64,000 nucleotides of DNA from Centroscyllium fabricii (lineage: Eukaryota). Shown piece after piece: positions 59,655-64,000 of this stretch. The notes under the pieces are model-generated. The model was not told where the DNA came from and made no database searches. It saw only the letters and a list, made by a program, of their open reading frames with translations. Position numbers and translations under genes: made by a program. Numbering within the stretch: the first letter of the stretch is position 1; each line of letters starts with the position of its first letter. The DNA lies in NCBI GenBank assembly GCA_051313645.2, contig JBNRSN020000012.1:147250001-147314000 (forward strand), in the 5' to 3' direction.

Positions 59655-62558
59655 CTGTTTCTCGCTCCACCGATGCTGCCTGGCCTGCTGAGTTTCTCCA
59701 GCGTTTTCTGTTGTTGTTTTGGATTTCCAGCATCCGCAGTGTTTTGCTATCGCGATAGGTTTAGGGGTTCAGTTCTATTACTAGGCGATGGGTTTAGAGG
59801 TTCCATTCTATTACAAGGCAGCAGGTTTAGGGGTTCAGGTCTATTACTAGGCGACAGGTTTAGGGCTTCAGTTTTATTACTAGGTGGCCTCTTTAGGGGT
59901 CCAATTCTATTACAAGGTGTCAGGTATAGGGGTTCAGTTATATTACTAGGTGGGCGGTTTAGCGGTTCAGTTCTATTACAAGGCGGTAGGTTTGGGGTTA
60001 TATTCTATTACAAGACGACAGGTTCAGGGTTTCAGTTCTATTACAAGGTGGCAGGTTTAGGGGTTCAGTTCTATTTCTAAGCGGCAGGTTTAGGGGTTTA
60101 ATTCTATTACAAGGTGTCAGGTTTAGGGGTTCAGTTCTTTTACTAGGTGGCAGGTTTCAGTGTTCAATTCTATTACAAGGTGTCAGGTTTAGGGGTTCAG
60201 TTATATTACAAGGTGTCAGGTTTAGGGGTTCAGTTATTTTACTTGCCGACAGGTGTAGGGGTTCAGTTCTAGTACTAGTTGGCAGGTTTATGGGTTCAGT
60301 TGAATTACAATGTATCAGCTTTAGGGGTTCCATTCAATTACAAGGAGGCAAGTTTAGGGGTTCAGTTTTATTAGATGATGTCAGGTTTAGGGGTTTAGTT
60401 CTATTACTAGGTGACAGGTTTAGCTGCTCAGTTCTATTACAAGCTGAGAGGTTTAGGGGCTCGGTTATTTTACTAAGTGTCAGGTTTCGGGATTCAGCTC
60501 CATTACAAGGCGACAGGTTTAGGGGTTCCGTTCTTTTACAAAGTGTTAGGTTTGTGGGTTCTGTTCTATTACAAAGTGTCAGGTTTGTGGGTTCAGTTCT
60601 ATTACTAGATAGCAGATTTAGTGTTCACTTCTATTACAAGGTGGCAGGTTTACGGGTTCAGTTCTATTACTTAGCAGCAGGTTTACGGGTTCAGTTCTTT
60701 TACTAGGCAGCAGGTTTTGGTGTTCAATTCTATTATAAGTTGTCAGGTTTAGTGGTTCAGTTATATTACAAGGTGTCAGGTTTAGGGGTACAGTTCTATT
60801 ACTAAGCGGCAGGTTTAAGGGTTCAGTTCTTTTACTAGGCGGCAGCTTTTGGATTTCAATTCTATTACAAGTTGTCATGTTTAGGGGTTCAGTTCTATTA
60901 CTAGGTAGCAGGTTTAGTGTTCAGTTCTATTACTAAGGGGCAGGTTTAGGGGTTCAGTTCTTTTACTAGGTGGCAGGTTTTGGTGTTCAATTCTATTACA
61001 AGTTGTGAGGTATAGGGGTTCAGTTCTATTACTTGGTGGTAGGTTTAGGGTTTCAGTTCTATTACTAGGTGGCAGGTTTAGGGGTTCAGTTCCATTACAA
61101 CATGTCAGGTTTAGGGGTTCAGTTCTATTACAATGTGTCAGGTTTAGAGGTTCAGTTCCATTACAAGATGGCATGTTTAGGGGTTCAGTTCAATTACAAG
61201 ATGGCATGTTTAGGGGTTCAGTTCTATTAGAAGGTGTCAGGTTTAGGGATTCTGTTCTATTACAAGATGGCATGTTTAGGGGTTCAGTTCTATTACCAGG
61301 AGGCAGATTTAGGGGTTCAGTTCTATTGCAAGGTGACAGGTTTAGATTATCATTATCCATTTATTTCACTGTGTGAAACCGCAGTCTGACAGAGAACATG
61401 CATCCTATAAAATAGAAAATTAAACCCCTGTCTTTACCTGAGCCAAAGTTCTAATTCCAGAATTCTCCAGCTGATGAAATCTTACGTGGGCTGGCAGATG
61501 TGGTTGGTTGGTTGACCTAAAGGATTTGACCTCTGACGGAAAGAGCATCAATTTCTCCTTCTTTCTTTTCAGTTTTTTTTTGTCAGCTGCCTGTCACCAA
61601 ATATCATTCTCTAGCTATGAGGGCGAGGGAATCGAAGGCAATGGCTTGTCCGTGGTTGCAATTTGTGCTGTTAACAATCGTTCAGCAAGAAATGACACTG
61701 ACCTGACTTGGAATCAACAGCACCAGTTGGGCCTCTCCATCTCCCCAAAATGGAACCTCTTAATTCGTATATCGCCTGGCAATCTGGCTGAACTGACGAC
61801 AGTCCTGTGCCTTAAATATAAAATCTTTTATTTGGGAGTCAAGCACTCAACTATTTGATCTCTAAGGCCAGCCAGAAAGAAAGTGACTCAATGATCGCAC
61901 TACCCAGATAATTCTGCTGTGACCTTAATTTTCAGATAGTTTTGAATTTCCGCCTTTTGGTAAGTCAACAGAGCAGCTAGGTATATTTTATGGTACCGAT
62001 GATGGGAAAGCCAAGAATCCACTTAGACAAATTCCCAGAACAGAAAGAGATGCATCTCTTAATGCATTGCAGGAGGGGTAAAAAAAACACTTGGGAGCTG
62101 TAATCAGAGACAGACTGTACACATGTCAATGGTTTCATGTGCTTTGCCCACAGACAAATTCTGCACACAGCTGCTGTCAGTGTTATTTGTGATCAAACTC
62201 AGGATCAGTCAGCTAGACTGGTTATCTTCATTTCTTCAGCACAGTCTCAACTTCTGCCACTTACAGCTACCTGTCACTTGCAGTAGCAGTGAGGCTTTGA
62301 CATGGGTGATTTTTTTTGTTGCAGTTTCCATTAACAATAAGTAAGAACTGAAATGCAAAACCTCTTTGATGCCAGACTTTTTCCTGGAATAAGTCTCCAG
62401 TGCAGAAGGAGGGTTAAATATATCAGAACTGCTTTGACTGCCAATGAGACAGAAATTGATTTTATACAGACACTTTAACCTTTTTATCTTAACTTATGTC
62501 CCTCCCCTTTCCATTTATCATTTGCCACCCACATTCTCCCCTATCCCCATCCCCCCAC

Positions 62559-62953
62559 CATAGAAACATAGAAGATAGGAGCAGGAGTAGGCCATTCGGC
62601 TCTTCGAGCATGCTCCGCCATTCAATGAGATCATGGCTGATCATCCAAACCCAGCATTTTGTACCTGCCTTGTCCCCATATCCCTCTTGAGCCTGCAGCG
62701 ACACATATCCCACCCTATCCCCATAACCTCACATATTCAATCGCCCTAACACTAAGGGTCCATTTATAATGGCCAATCAACCTAACCCGCACATCTTTGG
62801 ACTGTGGGAGGAAACCGGAGCACCCGAAGGAAACCCACGCAGACACGGGGAGAATGTGCAAACTCCACACAGATAGTACCCGAGGCTGGATTTGAACCCG
62901 GGTCTCTAGTGCTGTAAGGCAACAGTGCTAACCACTATGCCACCGTGCCGCCC
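62559..62953 (-). mobile_element. Full-length V-SINE (HE1-like)
   Basis: Reverse complement of the 23525-23926 family: tRNA-like head, V-domain, CR1 tail. Confidence 0.93.
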
Positions 62954-64000
62954 ACTGCTACTTTCCTTCAGGTCTTCCAGCCAGGAGGATGAGATGCTGT
63001 GGACCACAAATTTCCACCCAGATATCTGAACAGACATGGTTCATGTGCTAGCATCAGTCCTTTATTTTTTTAACCTCCTAAACAGAGCCCTCCACCATAG
63101 AAAAGTGCTCCTTCTACCTAAGAAGACAACCCATATCTAAAAAATGTATCTTTGGAGACCAACTGAGTTTTAACGAAAGTGGAAGCTGGAATTTGCACAC
63201 AAGTCCCGATGTTTGAGTACCACAAGAGAAGCAAGACATTTTAAAAAAAGAGACAAGACCATTCTCCCACAAAACAATATATTTTTCAGAACTGAAGCCT
63301 CTTAACAGCTTATATGTTGGTGTAAAAACAGCCAATTAAAATTTCATGCACTTCAGGGAATCACCCAGTCAGTTATCAAGACTCACCAGGGCACAGGAAA
63401 TTTTAATCAACAGATTCCACTGTAAATGGACGGCCACACTGATAACCAACAGCTACTCTCGAGAGCCCCAAGGACAACCACTTGGAGAGCCTTAATCAGC
63501 CGCCCGCCATGATGCTGCCCTTCCTTGCGTCTCCATTTTGGATTCACTGAAGCAATTCAAGGCTGTAAAGGTTGCAATTTTACCGATTCAGAAACGACAG
63601 GAGACAGCCGGTTTAAATTGGACATTTTATTGAACAAAATGGTTACAGAACAGAGAGGCTGCAGCTTGTTGAAAGGAAAAGACAGAAAGGGGCCCCAAAG
63701 ATGGCCGCTAGACCCCGTGACAAGCCGACCAGAACTCTCGAGACATCGGAATATACTTAGCTGCCGTTAAGACAAAACCTTATGCATAGTTTTCCTGAAA
63801 ATACATGAGCCCTGCAAAAGCCCGCGAAACCCAGCCAGCGCCCAGACATGGAGGCGCTGAGGAGTAACACTTGTTTGTAAAGAACTAACAAGCCCCCCCC
63901 AGAACCGATTGTTGGACCCGTTTAGCCCAACATTAAAGAAGCATCTTTTAATGAATAAATACGATACTGCCAGAGATCGATTAACTGACCCAGATGGTCA

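Larger units (their letters stand above)
56261..59751 (+). mobile_element. Composite Penelope-like insertion (unknown leader + GIY-YIG 3' part + pLTR) with two nested TEs
   Basis: Flanked by G(T/C)GATAGGTTTAGG (56247-56260 / 59752-59765), a probable 14-bp TSD. Confidence 0.7.
4556..61345 (+). repeat. 33-bp satellite/minisatellite array, interrupted by TEs
   Basis: Head-to-tail diverged units of GGTTTAGGGGTTCAGTTCTATTACAAGGTGGCA, all in one orientation; 11-aa periodicity (GLGVQFYYKVA / RFRGSVLLQGG / CNRTEPLNLPP) in the ORF track. Confidence 0.97.

Noticed and set aside
6884-59765. Shared site-specific targeting of TEs within the 33-mer
   Set aside because: Insertion points fall at many different positions of the unit
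4556-61345. CRISPR-like array (constant part plus variable part)
   Set aside because: The variable part is ~9 nt, recurrent and mutually homologous; no unique spacers, no cas genes, eukaryotic context
4556-61345. True telomere or interstitial (TTAGGG)n tract
   Set aside because: Hexamers are isolated, one per 33 bp, not tandem
4681-61376. The many 60-280 aa ORFs within the satellite
   Set aside because: A by-product of a 33-bp unit that is stop-free in several frames; frequent frame switches and no gene structure
61470-61500. Second hammerhead at CTGATGA
   Set aside because: No stem II followed by GAAA and no stem I
62960-64000. Host gene or promoter in the terminal unique sequence
   Set aside because: Only short ORFs with no recognisable motifs; no call is supportable from the sequence alone

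Overview
Eukaryotic, repeat-only window. The host is most likely a cartilaginous fish, inferred from HE1/V-SINE-type SINEs, HER1/CR1-type LINEs and a shark-style Penelope pLTR. About 57 kb (4556-61345) is a single-orientation array of a 33-bp satellite, consensus GGTTTAGGGGTTCAGTTCTATTACAAGGTGGCA, with roughly 1,100-1,200 units by my estimate and a TTAGGG in each consensus unit. The array is flanked or interrupted by: two full-length CsRn1/Kabuki-clade Gypsy elements in opposite orientation (one intact, one with a nonsense codon); three CR1 LINEs; a nested Rex1 3' fragment; three V-SINEs, with a fourth outside the array; two copies of an unclassified GC-rich Rex-tailed element; and a 3.5-kb composite insertion. 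The composite has a hairpin-rich leader, a Penelope GIY-YIG fragment and a hammerhead-bearing pLTR, and was later hit by a solo LTR and a Tigger-like MITE. Most short ORFs in the track are artefacts of the satellite or antisense shadows. No host gene is confidently identified. Best novelty candidates: the chimeric ribozyme-bearing Penelope element, a CR1 flanked by a 175-bp direct duplication, the young CpG-rich CsRn1-type element, and the GC-rich Rex-tailed element. All coordinates and counts were read by eye.
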